DNA of 64,000 nucleotides, taken from NCBI GenBank assembly GCA_043228905.1, contig JBHGNT010000002.1:3782001-3846000 (forward strand), in the 5' to 3' direction. The notes beneath the pieces were generated by a model. It did no database searches and was not told the origin of the DNA. It saw only the letters and a list, made by a program, of their open reading frames with translations. Source of the stretch: Azolla caroliniana (Eukaryota > Plantae > Polypodiophyta). A program made the translations under genes and the position numbers. Positions within the stretch are counted from its first letter, which is position 1, and each line of letters begins with the position of its first letter. Positions 50,966-63,226 of this stretch are shown here, piece by piece.

Positions 50966-53900
50966 ATGGTTCTGAAGAAGGGACGAAAGAATAATCCAAA
51001 GGTTCAGGTACATCTACTCTGTAATTAACCAAATTCACATGATTTACACAGTTGAACTCTTAATTATGCCCGAAAGCAAAGCTTATTGATATTAGCTTTT
51101 ATTTTTATAAGGCATCTACAAAAGCAAAAGATGGAACAAAACTGAATTCCCAGCTGCGAGATATTGGACTGAGGGTTCTTAAGATTACGGCCGATGGAAA
51201 CTGCTTGTTTAGGTACATATTTTAAATTGAGAAGTACATATTGACTTCACAGAAGGCTGATTCAAATGTCTTGATAATTTCAGAGCTGTTGCTGACCAGC
51301 TTGAAGGCAATGAGGAGGAACACTTGAAGTATCGGAAGATGGTGGTGGACTTCATTGAGGTGTTTGGCACATGCCTATAAAATATATTAAAGTAGAATAA
51401 TAAGGAATTGCTGTTGTTTAACAATAGATATTTTTCTAAGAATCAAGCTATATGCCTTGTGAAATGGGCCTGTAGAACTTCCAGTGTCAAAGCACCAATG
51501 GAACCAGCAATTCAACTAAAATTTTACGACCAGAGAAATCTTATATAAAAACATATGCATAATATTCTGGATGCTCTAAAAGGCTTAGTTTTAACATCAA
51601 AGGGAGCTAGATTGTTTGTTCCTTAATGAGGAGATCAACATTTTGTTGGTTCCAAAGGCTAGTGCTGTTTTGGTTTTTTTATTATCTATAGCTAATAGAA
51701 GAGAATGCCATAAGATAGATTCCAATCTGTAAAGAAAAATCCAGTAGTTTAAGCTTCTTTCAGCAACGAAAACCTGCATGTAGAGCTTTGAAGGTGCTCT
51801 TCGCTGAGCATAGTAGAAATGAGAGCATATCAACTAGATGACCTGTAGTTTTCAACACTCTAATTTCGCTTGCTCTAAAGAATGCCAATTCTGATATTGT
51901 CAAAATTTATCTTAGCCCACTCTCTTATCCACTCATTTCACTTTTAAGTGATTTTACCTGAAGGATCTTTATAAGGTGCAGTTTCTCGCATCTATTAGAT
52001 GCGAACTTGGGTCTACTCTTGGGCAAGAGGGACATGATTAGGGAAGTATAATTGTATGTTTGTTTATATGAACTTATGCCTACTCTCGAGCAAGTGGGAC
52101 ATGATTAGGGAAGTATATAATTCTATTATATAACATGTCGTATATTTGTCTATGCTGTCTAAACCATGATGTAATCTTTGAGGAGGTTGAAATATAACCA
52201 ACAAAAACTACATCTGTTGATTGAAAGACTTTTGGATGAGTTCATTTGTGTACTTTGGTATGATTCTGCTAAGATGATTGTATACAGCAGCACCAACAGC
52301 CATGTTTCTAATGTAAGAACTTTTATAAGCATGGTGACTTTTGTACTTATTTATATATTTTATTGAGTCACGAGTACTAGGTAAATCATTGTTCCATTGG
52401 AATTTAGATAGCAATTGAGGATGAATATCGTAAATCTAGTGCAACTTAACATTGACACAAGGACAAAAATGTGATGTTTGATTACAAGTAGTTGAAATAT
52501 ATTCCTTTCGTAGGCGCATCGCGAAGATTTTGAACCTTTTATAGAGGATGAGGTTCCTTTTGAGGAATATTGTAGAAGTATGCGAGAAGTTAGTACATGG
52601 GCTGGGAATATGGAATTGCAAGCTGTCTCATTGGTGACAGGTTCAAATATCTGCATACATCGGGTTTGCAAACCTTTCCTTCTTATGTATTTATTTTTAA
52701 GTTTTTTGAATCTATTTGTAATCCTTTTTAATTTAAACAGATTTCCTATCCACGATGGCACATCCAAAATTTCAAAAACTCAGAATGTCGTTGCATCCAT
52801 CTGTAAGTTCTGTAAGAGATATTAGTCATAATCATAATGTCAAAGCTTTCAAGTGAAGGTAGAATTGTTAAAAACTTTGATGGTCCATTCATACTGTGAA
52901 CATAGGTACAGTACATTTCATACAAATAGGGCACCAGTTAATTGGATGAGATCAAATATAGATAGTTGTAGGTTCTGTGGAACATGATTTCGTCCTATAG
53001 AGATGCAGTATCATGGAATTAAAGTTACCAGACATTTCGAAAACTTGGGGTTAGATGAGTTATGTATTTTGATAAATACTTACATATAGTTTAGAGTCTT
53101 TAGAATAAAGTCTCATAATACTATAATTACTATTTGTATTATACAATATACTACTAAGTATCCAAAATTATCACATGTTTTTTTGGTGTAAAAACATGCC
53201 ATAGGTTAGGAAATTATAAAAATAGGTTAATGTCACGACTGTCCAATAAAATTCAACAATACTAGATAATACTAGACAAGAATGAATATATGAGATTTAT
53301 GAATTAATTTCCTCTCTTTGGTGTTTATCACATGACCAAGATTCGTTTATTAGTGCTTTGTGAACTTAACAAAAAACATCACTGTTTTCTTTCCATGTGG
53401 GATTACACATGGGACTGGATTGATTTAGGCAAGCAATTCTGTGTCAGTCCATTTGTTTTATAACTCATGCCTTGTGATATTCACAAAACTCATCATTCTT
53501 TTCTTCCTGGAGGGATTAATCATCATGCAGATTGGGTCAGGCAAGAAATTATTTGTTAATTGTCATTGACCTCAGAAATATTTCTGACTTAATACTTGAT
53601 ATCAACCCTGTACTAAGATAATTAATGGTAGTTTCTTCATGCAGGTCAAAGATTATACAGTAAACGGGTTAGATTTTCATTAATTTTCAATCCTTGAACA
53701 TGGGTGTTTTATTTTGTTCCATTTTAAAACTCCTTATATTAATTTCTTAATTTTATTTTGGGGGCGATTTTCTTCTTTGTCCAAAAATAAATGAAATTTG
53801 TGGGTTTTCGTCACTAGATGAAAAGTATATGTGAACTTTTGGGCAGATCATACCATGATGGTGAGCATTACAATAGTATACGTAAGATAGATGATACTGG

Positions 53901-56900
53901 AGACGGGTCTGCAAAGACAATCGAGTTGGAGGTTGGTAAGAATTTTGCAAAATGACTGTTTCTGTTACCAATAAGCATAGCTTGAGACTTCTCTGGAGTT
54001 CTGAATTTACAGTACTTATGAAATAGGCTCCTCCAGACAAGAAAGTGGATGCCAAGGATAGAGGAGGAAAAGAAAGGCGCCCTACTAAAACTGCACTCCC
54101 ACCGAAGAAACCTTCAGCATCAATAGCGAAGGAAATATTGCAGGAGGTATTGTTTTATTTTTGGACATATTTCTTAATTATGTCCATGTTGTGGTTGACA
54201 AAATTCTAAATCATGTTCTTCCTAGGAGGGCTGTAATCACGTGGTTGATGATGTGAGAGATCAGCTGGAGACACAGATAGAATGTTCTCAAAACGGTAAG
54301 TTGCAGTAAGTTTCGTATTTTTAAATCAATTATAGTTTCTTACACCATCTCATTATATGACTTGATATGTTCCTTTTTTTATGAATAATAAATGCTGTCA
54401 AGACGCATTATTTCCAAGGTAAGATAAGACTGTTTGGGATTAATCAGGTGTAGGAAAGTATGTAGACTTGATATGTTCCTATTTTTATGAATAATAAATG
54501 CTATCAAGACGCATTATTTCTAAGGTAAGATAAGACTGTTTGGGTTATGAAAATCGATGCAGAAACAATCGTTTTTCTTGGCTCAACTTTCTGATTATCA
54601 TAGTTGAAAATAATTCTTGTTACTCCTATAAAATTTTAAGACACTCCACCCTGTTGCTTTAATATAATAGAGGAAATACAAAATGAAGGTGGTAATGAAC
54701 ATGTTCTCTTGGAGAAAAACTCATCACTTATCAATGCAAATGGTCACACGTCACAACAGGAAGTCAAGGTAGAGTATAGAACTCTTTCATTAATTGATAA
54801 TTTATCCTTTTTAGTTGTCTTCAACATGATATTTAAAGTTACCAGCTTCTATCAAAGAAATTTGGAATTATGGTGAGAGTTTTGAAACATATTTTTTGTA
54901 GAAAATAGCTAGGAATAAAGTCTGTCCATGTGGTTCAAAGAAGAAGTATAAAGCTTGTTGCGGCATAGTAAAGTTGCAAAGCCATCCTCCAGAAATCACA
55001 TGGTATGATCCTTTATCATATTTGATTTCTACAATCTTATGTATATTTACTGCATTGCCTCACAAGACAACATAATGAACATTTATATAAGCATGAGAGA
55101 GATCTAGAGGAGATTAGAAGGTCATATGGTCTGCTAGGTCATTTGTAAATTGGTGGGATTTGAATCTTGGCCTACTACAGTATACCACTAGGGTATATAG
55201 CCTCAATACAGACCAGAGAGAGATTGAGATATTTTAAGAGGTCAAAATGGCCTATAAGACCGAACAACAAGAGATTCATCCTAAATGTTTCTCTACCTTG
55301 GAACTACAAACAAATTAAACATAACTAAACATAGGGTACTAAAGAATCTAGTCTAAGAACTTTAAGATTCTGAACTTAGAATGGAACTTATGCCTCCGAA
55401 AAATCTCCAACATGTGCCACTCCAAGACGAAGAGATCTTTGAATCAAGGGAAGCACCTTTGGTGCGGTGTGATAATGGCCTTTATTTATCAATGCAAGGG
55501 TGACCAGGCTGTGGTTCAAATGTTCATGGCTTATGTGCATAGCACATTTCTTATTGGAAGTTAGATGTATGCACATTTCTTATGTGCATACATCTTTTAA
55601 GAGGCCAAAATGGTCTATAAGACCAAACAAGAATTTTGAGAACAGAAAACTTGAAATAAATGTAACTAAATAAAAGAGAATTGACCAAAGAATACCATTG
55701 CTGAAACATATAGGATTCTCAAGTTAGATGGATCTTAATTTTTTTCTGCAAAATATCTCTACCATAGGTTGATCCAGAATGGAAAGATCTCCAAAGTGCA
55801 GGAAGCAAACACCTATGATGGCAGGAGATAATAGCCATTATTTCTCAATGAAAATGGTGGCAAGATCATTCTCCATGAGCCCAGGGCCTATGTATGAGAC
55901 AAATTGGTATTGCCTGATCTATTGTAACCACTTTGGAATGTCCTGGTTGGAAGGCCACTTATGTAATCCTTAATTGATTTGTAGCATGAGTAGAAACGAC
56001 GGGGCTAAAGAAAGTTGTGATTGCTCTTTTTGGTGAGCTTGTGTGGCTACATTTGTTGCCCTTCACCAACTTCTCATAGTGTCTCTTGAATTCTAACAAG
56101 AACAGCCCCAAGCACCGGTGGTCCTCACATTCCATTAACTTGTTGTGTAGGGGCAAAACAAAATGGCAATTTCTTTCTTCTAGAGGCGTGCCTGCATAAC
56201 TGCCTCCCTGAATCTCGAACTGATGTGAAGAGGTCTGCAGATGCCCTATCACACTGCACTGGGCATGGGATAGATGTATTTTCCATATAAGAGGGCCTGA
56301 TGATAAATCCATCCTCTGATGTGTGTAAAAGGTGTGCCTTATAATTGGACCAAGAGATGCAGTGGGCCTGATCCATGTTCTTCGGTTATCCAATTTGATA
56401 GTATTGGTTTGCTTCACTCTAGTCTTTGCTTTGGTCATGTTTAGATGGGGACAATCCAAGCTATATTGGAATGTTGCAGTGCATTAATGTTACGCCATGT
56501 GACTTGATCCATTATTGCGTTTCAGCATACTAACAACGATTATCTTCATGTTTAGCAGTTGCTTTGATGTAAGTGTCAACCTTGAGTATCTTTGTTTAGA
56601 CCAAGGCCGTTGTATACTGGTCACTGATGAGAATAATGTCGCGGTGATTGTTGGGGCTGCCCTCATCTCCACCCAAATTATGCCATGGGGCATTGATGTT
56701 TTGTTCCTTATCATGTGACCAATCATTGAGACGAAAGTCTTTCCAGTTATTTGCCTTGTTAAGATTCACTTCTTAAGTTTTTACCCTGTAGAGAAGAGTC
56801 AGTGGGGCAAATGTATCGAATAGATGCAATTTAGGTAGTGGCTCGCGGAATTATATGTGTGCACATTGTCTTTCAAGGGTACCAATGGCTGGATATCCAT

Positions 56901-58802
56901 GAGAAAGTTGAGGCACTGGCAGCTTCCCATCAGTAGAACTAAAGCCCTATGAATGTTCCTCCTAGTTATGTGTAGATTGTGTGTATGCCACCTCACCCCC
57001 AAATGGACTCTGGTTCTGATCTTGTTACTCATTCTTGAGTGGTGTTAAACACCATCACTTTAGTTTTATCTAGGTTTACCGTTAAACCTTTGTCCCTACA
57101 AAATTATTTGAACTCATTTAAATGCCTTTAAGTCCATCAGCAAATATCATCAGCCTATAGTAATACTTGTATGCCTATACCTGCTCGGCATATTTCCAAA
57201 CCACTAAATCTTTCTATGTAATGTAATACCTTATTTATATAGAGAATATCTTAGCTTTGTCTGTACAAAATTATTTAAAGGAGTTTTGTAGTTCCTCTGG
57301 GGAGTTGGATGTCACTAAAATATCAACAACATATGCTAATGCTTGTACGGCTATACCTGCTAGGCATGCTTCCGAACCACCGAATTTCTCTATGTAATGC
57401 AATACCTCATCTATATGGAGACTGAAGAGTGGGCAATAGTGGGGATCCTTGTTTTACTCGAATTGTGCTAGCCAAAGCCTCCGACAACCCATTAGGAGAT
57501 CACACTTCTCTGACACTGAATCATAGTCCATAGATTCCCCATTCCCCATTGCATTTCTACAGGGACACCAAGTGCTTCTAGCCGCTGCATGAGTTGAGTG
57601 TGTCGTAGAGTGTTGAAGGCTTTTTGGAAATCCTCAAAGCAGCAATAAATCTTTTTGTGTGGACGTTTTCCTCCTTGATAAGGGCTCAGAGGTTCAATAT
57701 ATGATCCAAGCTTTTGAACCCCTTTCAAAAGCTTGCTTGTCCAGCTGAATGGTAACCATTCTTCTCTGCCTATATACTCAATTTCGACTCTAGGATTGAG
57801 CCATATAGTTTAACCAAGTAATGGTTAATAGTGATTGTCCTATAATTAATTGCTCGGCATCATGGGGTCTCCGCTCTTGGAGATTAGCACAATGGTATGT
57901 TCTGTCCAGGTAGTAGGGAAACTTTCACACATAGCTCTATTAAATATGTGTGCTGGCAAACGCAGCAAGGTTTCACAGACAGAGATAAGTGTTCACCAAC
58001 CAATCCATCATGATCTTGAGTCCTCCCAAGTTGTAACTGAGGAATGGCGTTCCTTACATTTTCTAGAGTAAAAAAGGTTGATTCACATGGGCATGAGCTA
58101 TGTGGGTAGGGGAGTGGGAGAACTCCTGGAATATCATAGAGCACCTGCATATTCACACTACACCAGAGGTGAGATCAATCGTGTTATCAGTTGCCTCTTA
58201 TTATACATTTTCCGTGCTCTTTTACTTTGTTGTCCTAGTAACAAGCAGTGCATGTGTGCTTCAAATTTAGCCAAATATGATCTCTTCTTTTTCCTCTCAA
58301 GCCGTTGGAAGGTTGTTCTTGATTATTTGTGCGTTCAAATGCCCTATCTTACTTCGTGTTGCAAGCATCTCCTTGTATGTATCATGGCATTCCTAATCAT
58401 ACCAACTATTTGTATCACTCTACTAGGTTTGGGTTTGGGTGCATTGTCTGTTCTGTGAGGAAAGGCATTTGTGGGTGCTTTACACAATTGACTTCGACAA
58501 TCCTGGTGTGACTTCCTTTTTTTCTACCATAATTTTTAAAGTCAAACATAGTTGTATGTTCATCCTTGGTTTGTGCACTAAAGTCTCCTAATAGTACTAT
58601 ATCCCCCATAGTAGCAAAAATCTGAGAGGAAGAGAGAGAGCTCTATTAAATGGGCATGGCTTTTATCTGTGTTAACAGTTTGTCCGAAGGATTAAGTAAT
58701 AAAGCAAGGAAACAAATGCTCCGTAGCAACAAAGGAGTTGCAAAGCCCCAACTTGAAAGGGGCACAAAAGAATCACTTGATCTGGGCTACTTATGTATCT
58801 AA
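50966..58802 (+). CDS. OTU7: OTU deubiquitinase with SEC-C motif (OTU7/OTUD3-like), ~342 aa; exons 50966-51007, 51112-51212, 51284-51359, 52514-52663, 52741-52802, 53847-53931, 54027-54146, 54226-54295, 54671-54768, 54902-55002, 58679-58802
   Basis: Cys box ITADGNCLFRAVADQLEGNEEEH, FEPFIEDEVPFEEYC, WAGNMELQA, His box LSYHDGEHYNS, SEC-C RNKVCPCGSKKKYKACC and C-terminus DLGYLCI*. 1029 nt, in frame. Probable 5'UTR intron 49884-50904. Confidence 0.93.
54359..54544. repeat. Near-identical tandem duplication (~107-bp period) in OTU intron 8
   Basis: GACTTGATATGTTCCT..AAGGTAAGATAAGACTGTTTGGG occurs twice. Confidence 0.92.
55095..55214 (-). mobile_element. Very short putative tRNA-derived SINE
   Basis: Minus strand has A-box-like TACCCTAGTGG, B-box-like GATTCAAATCC, a LINE-like 3' motif GACCATATGACC and a TC tail. 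Box spacing is shorter than in tRNA. Confidence 0.45.
55215..58620 (-). mobile_element. Stacked degenerate LINE fragments in the last OTU intron, antisense to the gene
   Basis: Endonuclease GDIVLLGDFSA (~58600); RT IYCCFEDFQKAFN (~57630); duplicated YADD-region remnants (~57150, ~57330); C-terminal SSHQFEIQGG..EERNC..CLGLFLLE (~56100-56240); two further homologous 3' ends at 55215-55560 and 55596-55960. Confidence 0.85.
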
Positions 58803-61442
58803 CCAAAGGCCTAGCCAAGTGTTCTTGGAACAGAGTCATCTTGGGTTCATCAACCAAAGAGAGCTATGGAAAATGTAATGGGTTTTGCCATATTGTAGTT
58901 TTATGAACTTATAAATCTGTTTAATTTCCTTGTGTATGATTTTTCTCATTTGTAAGAGCTTTGCTACCCAGACATTTTTTTTGGAAAGAAAGAAGAATAG
59001 AAGGCTCTACTTATCGAAAAAGTTTCCAATTTGCTAGTTCACTTTAAAACACTGAATGCGCCTTAAAAAACTAGTGTTTCATGAGATTTATTAGAACCTT
59101 CGGAAGTGGAATGCAGGTGTTTAGAAAAGTTGAGTTTGGATTTTCTTCAATGGAAGTATGTTTTATGACATTGTAACGTATCACAATGTAAAGAACCAGA
59201 TTAGAAGATCTTTCAACATGTAAAATGTTGTGGTCAAGTAGTGGCGATTTTGCAATACATGCAAACTTTTTCATGTACTAGAAGTGCAACTGACAAACCT
59301 ATTTTAGGATGATTGTGACTTTCCCAAACAATGAAATAAGAGACTCACCAATTTGAAGAGGTTGAAAACAGATGAAGAATACAATGCAAGAGGCCCACAA
59401 TGTGTGATGAGTAGGGTTACGAATGACAATGTAAGGTTCTTCTATTTGTACGTATACCCCTCCGATTTAATCTATTGTGAAGAAGGATCTAATTCATAGC
59501 CACGGATGATTATTGTATGTAAAAACCAACATTACAATATTGTTGCCCGCCCTACATAGGTAGAAGGAACATGCCTTTATGCCATAAAACAATCAACCAC
59601 GTGATGAAACAATCTCCACATGCTCTAGCATCCATAGTTACCACATAAGTATGCCTTTTAACTTCGTAATGTATACATTTACTCTATGTCAGCTCTCAAA
59701 CATGAAAGTATTATACAAATTTCCCTTACCTCGTTTGTTATATCATCCCAACCAAGACTTTCCCCATTTGGAAGGTGAAACAAAACCTCTTCTTCTTGAA
59801 AAACATCATCCAACTCCTTAAAAATAGCATCACTTCTAGTAGTATTACAAAAACAACAATGGCACCTCATAATTAATAATCCACTTTGAATAATCAATAG
59901 TAATCCACTTTGCATCATCATTAATAATCAACTTTGGTCCCATCAATTCCTTCAAAAAAATTAATGCAAATTTCAATGACTTTTACGGTATCGATAAGAA
60001 CCACACTTCATTTAACTCGCAGTTAACTTGCACCACATAATTAGATGGAGGCATATGCTGGTCATAACGCTCGATCGTAACCCTAAAATCATGCTTCTAA
60101 AACCATTACATTCATTTGTGGTGTAAAGACAACCAAAATATAGGTATCAAATTAAGAATGTGACGATAAAAGAGACTTAAATTGCAAAGAGGTCCTTTCA
60201 AGCAAAGATATGTACATATGTATCATATGTGTTTTGAGCTTAAAACATTAGCAAAAATTATTAGGTGACATCCACATCTTGTTCAATTGACATTTTAAGA
60301 CACTCGAGCAAAAATGATTTATCATACGTCTCATGCATTCTATCTTAGCTACTCCAAAATTGCTTGTATTATATATATTGAAAGGTAAACCTAGGGTCAT
60401 CTAGAATCCATTAGAGAGAATTGTGAAGTGGATTGTGATGAATCGACAAACCGTGACAACACATTGATAGAATATTATACATGGACAACCATACCTCAAT
60501 GCATTGACTACAATAGTTAGGGGCATAAATTCCAACTAATCATATCACCACATCAAAATATTTGATTTCTACCAACAAAATCATTTGTATAGATCGTTTA
60601 TAAACAATTCATGAACAAAACTTACCTTGAATAATTATATGACAACAGAATAGTGATGAGATAGTCGACTAACATAATATGTTGAATATCCCCTCAAATG
60701 TATAATGAATCCTACCAAATCATGTCACTTATGGTGCAACCACACATCTATTGCATTTCTTACTAAATATAGTTTGCCATAAGATGTATTTCTTATGAGA
60801 ACAAGCCCCTCTCACATTCCAATATATCTACATTTAGTCAAATAATTTGTGTGAGGTCAAACCAAAATATTACCCATTTGAACCGTTAAATATAGTAATA
60901 GTGACCACAATAATGATTGTCTACAATCACCCATATTGAAAATTATTGCACCATCGGAGACCATTGCATCACTTGTACTAGTTTCTTTAAAAATGAGTAT
61001 CTTCGCTAATAGTGTAGGTAAATGTTTTGATGAATAGAGAAGTACATCATAAAACCCTCTATGACCCACATGTACATGCTTTTGACAACTAGGCACTAAA
61101 ATATCATTCAACCATTGCTTGTGCCACGGAACTAAAGTAAGTTTAATGGTGAAAAACAATATAACAACATGGTCTTAGAATACCTTGTTCGACTTTAACT
61201 ACGAGTTAGTTTCCATTTGTGCATCCATACCATGCTCGTTGGCACAATGCTTGGCATCATCCTCATTTTGTTTCACAAATGAGAAAGTATAGCATTCACA
61301 ATTTCACAATACCACAATGTTGATCCCAATCAACAAAATCATGTTTATATCAGTTCCATCTATCCCATGTACAACCACAACATATGGTATCTTCTCATGA
61401 TCCATAACCTGATTAAATTTTTTGGCTGTTTAATACTTCAGA

Positions 61443-61493
<51 letters not shown>

Positions 61494-61670
61494 CTAACTA
61501 TAGTAATTAAAGTAGTTCTTATTGGAATGTTTCAGTTTGTACTTCAAGATGTGAGATTTTTCCATATAACTTTGGAAAGTACCAAGCTTGGAAAAAAAAG
61601 AATAAAAATAAGCTACAAACAAGTCCAAGAATACTCATAAACATAGAATGGATGAAAAAGTTATGCCAAC

Positions 61671-61815
61671 CTCTCTCTTTGCTGGCTTGATGATTTACAT
61701 GAGCATCGAAGTAAAAAATTTGGAGCCCAAGTTTAATCCTCCTCAACCATGGGCTAGGTCCTATCTCATAGATCCCAATCAGTCTCCTATGTATGTTAAA
61801 TCTCTCTCTCTCTCT

Positions 61816-61853
<38 letters not shown>
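61671..61853 (+). mobile_element. Dispersed copy of the 6.2-kb SINE family
   Basis: CTCTCTCTTTGCT..TTTACA..AGCATCGAAGT..AGTTTAATCC..CCATGGGCTAGGTCCTATCTCATAGATC..(TC)n aligns end to end with the reverse complement of 6311-6453. Confidence 0.75.
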
Positions 61854-61858
<5 letters not shown>

Positions 61859-62343
61859 AAATCCATTACCCCAAGAATGTAGGGGTACAATGTTAAGACT
61901 TTTTAAAACTAAAGGTGAACTTGAGGGTATCTCGAAAATTTTGAAGAAAACAAGTGAAGGGTGTTTGTGGTAAGGTGAGAGGGAGAAATGTAGGGACAAT
62001 CTCGAAATTAGAAAACAAGAACAAAAAAAAAGAGCGGGTCAACGACAGAAAATTCAAGCAAAAAGCCGAGTGGTATAAATGTAGGGGTTATTAAGTGGTT
62101 AAAATTTAAAAAGACAAACGAGGAGGTACCACAAAGCTTTCAATTCTTATGAGAGATTAGTAAAAATAAGTATTTGAGGTAGGTCTTCATAGAGTATGGG
62201 TTAGTGTTGAAGCTTGGTTTAAAACCAACGATAAATGTAGGGGTATACCGAGTAATTAAAAGGACCTGATGGAGATGTACTACTCCATATGGTCAGTAAA
62301 AGACAGACTGTCACCTTTTCTTTTCTCTTTGTGAAGGAAAATA

Positions 62344-62750
62344 ACAATCGGCAACGGTTTGGTTCGAGAGGGTCCAAACTGAACCGTTAAAATTTTTTGA
62401 AACCTAAACCGAACTGAACCGAACCATTAAAATTTTCTCAAACCGTTAAGCCATTAAACCGGTAAAACCGATGTTTCGTGGTTCGGTTTCGGTTTTCAGC
62501 GTAGGTCAAATTTTAAAATTTAAAATATTTCATTATTTAAATTATTTTAAATTTAAAGATTTTCCTAAAATGTGAGAATAAGGCATGAAAATGAAAAGAT
62601 TGTTTAAAAACATTTTTTTTAAAAAAAATTTAAAAATAAAATAAAATAAAAAACCTGTTAAACCGTGGTTTCTAACGGTTGAAACCGAGCCGTTTAAACT
62701 GTTAAGCCGAAGTTTCGCGGTTCGGTTTGGGGTTCACCGTTGCCGATTGT
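62344..62750. mobile_element. AACCG-rich MITE, copy 2 (TA TSD), in the PTEN-like promoter
   Basis: Perfect TIR ACAATCGGCAACGGT / ACCGTTGCCGATTGT flanked by TA. Internal AAAATGTGAGAATAAGGCATGAA is the reverse complement of copy 1. Confidence 0.9.
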
Positions 62751-63068
62751 TAAACGAAAGGGAACTTACAACTTACAAGCATAGTGGCTCTTTATTTTTA
62801 TAAGCAGGGGGGGTATTCTTGTAATTTTGGGAAACCGAAAAACCAAGCCAAAATAAAATAAGGGGGTGGTTTTGGTCCTTAAAGCCAGCAGGGGTATCTC
62901 TGTAATTATGGAAATCTGTTTTTGGGAAGGCGAAGGGAAGGGAAGGGGGCCTCGACAGGAGGTCTAGAGAGAGAAAAGAAGTTCTAGAGAGAGACAGAGA
63001 CAGAGAGAGACACACAGACACAGAGACGGAGAAAGGAAGAAAAAGGACAGAAGAGAGAGGAAAGAGAC

Positions 63069-63107
<39 letters not shown>

Positions 63108-63108
63108 C

Positions 63109-63226
63109 ATGGGCTCGTCTTGGTTAGATACGGCGCCTCTAGTACGTGCAAAATGCTTCCTTAGAGAGATCGTCTCGAAGGAGAAACTTCGCTACACACA
63201 GCATGGATTCAACCTCGACCTCAGCT
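63109..63226 (+). CDS. PTEN: First coding exon of a PTEN-like phosphatase (gene continues beyond the window)
   Basis: MGSSWLDTAPLVRAKCFLREIVSKEKLRYTQHGFNLDLS resembles the PTEN N-terminal motif [20 protein letters not shown]. Ends at a T|GTAAGT donor; GA-rich leader upstream. Confidence 0.8.

Noticed and set aside
59300-61430. Possible Helitron helicase remnant (VVHGIDGT and MGDCRQ on the minus strand)
   Set aside because: The resemblance to Walker A and GDFRQ motifs is too weak to call without a profile search.
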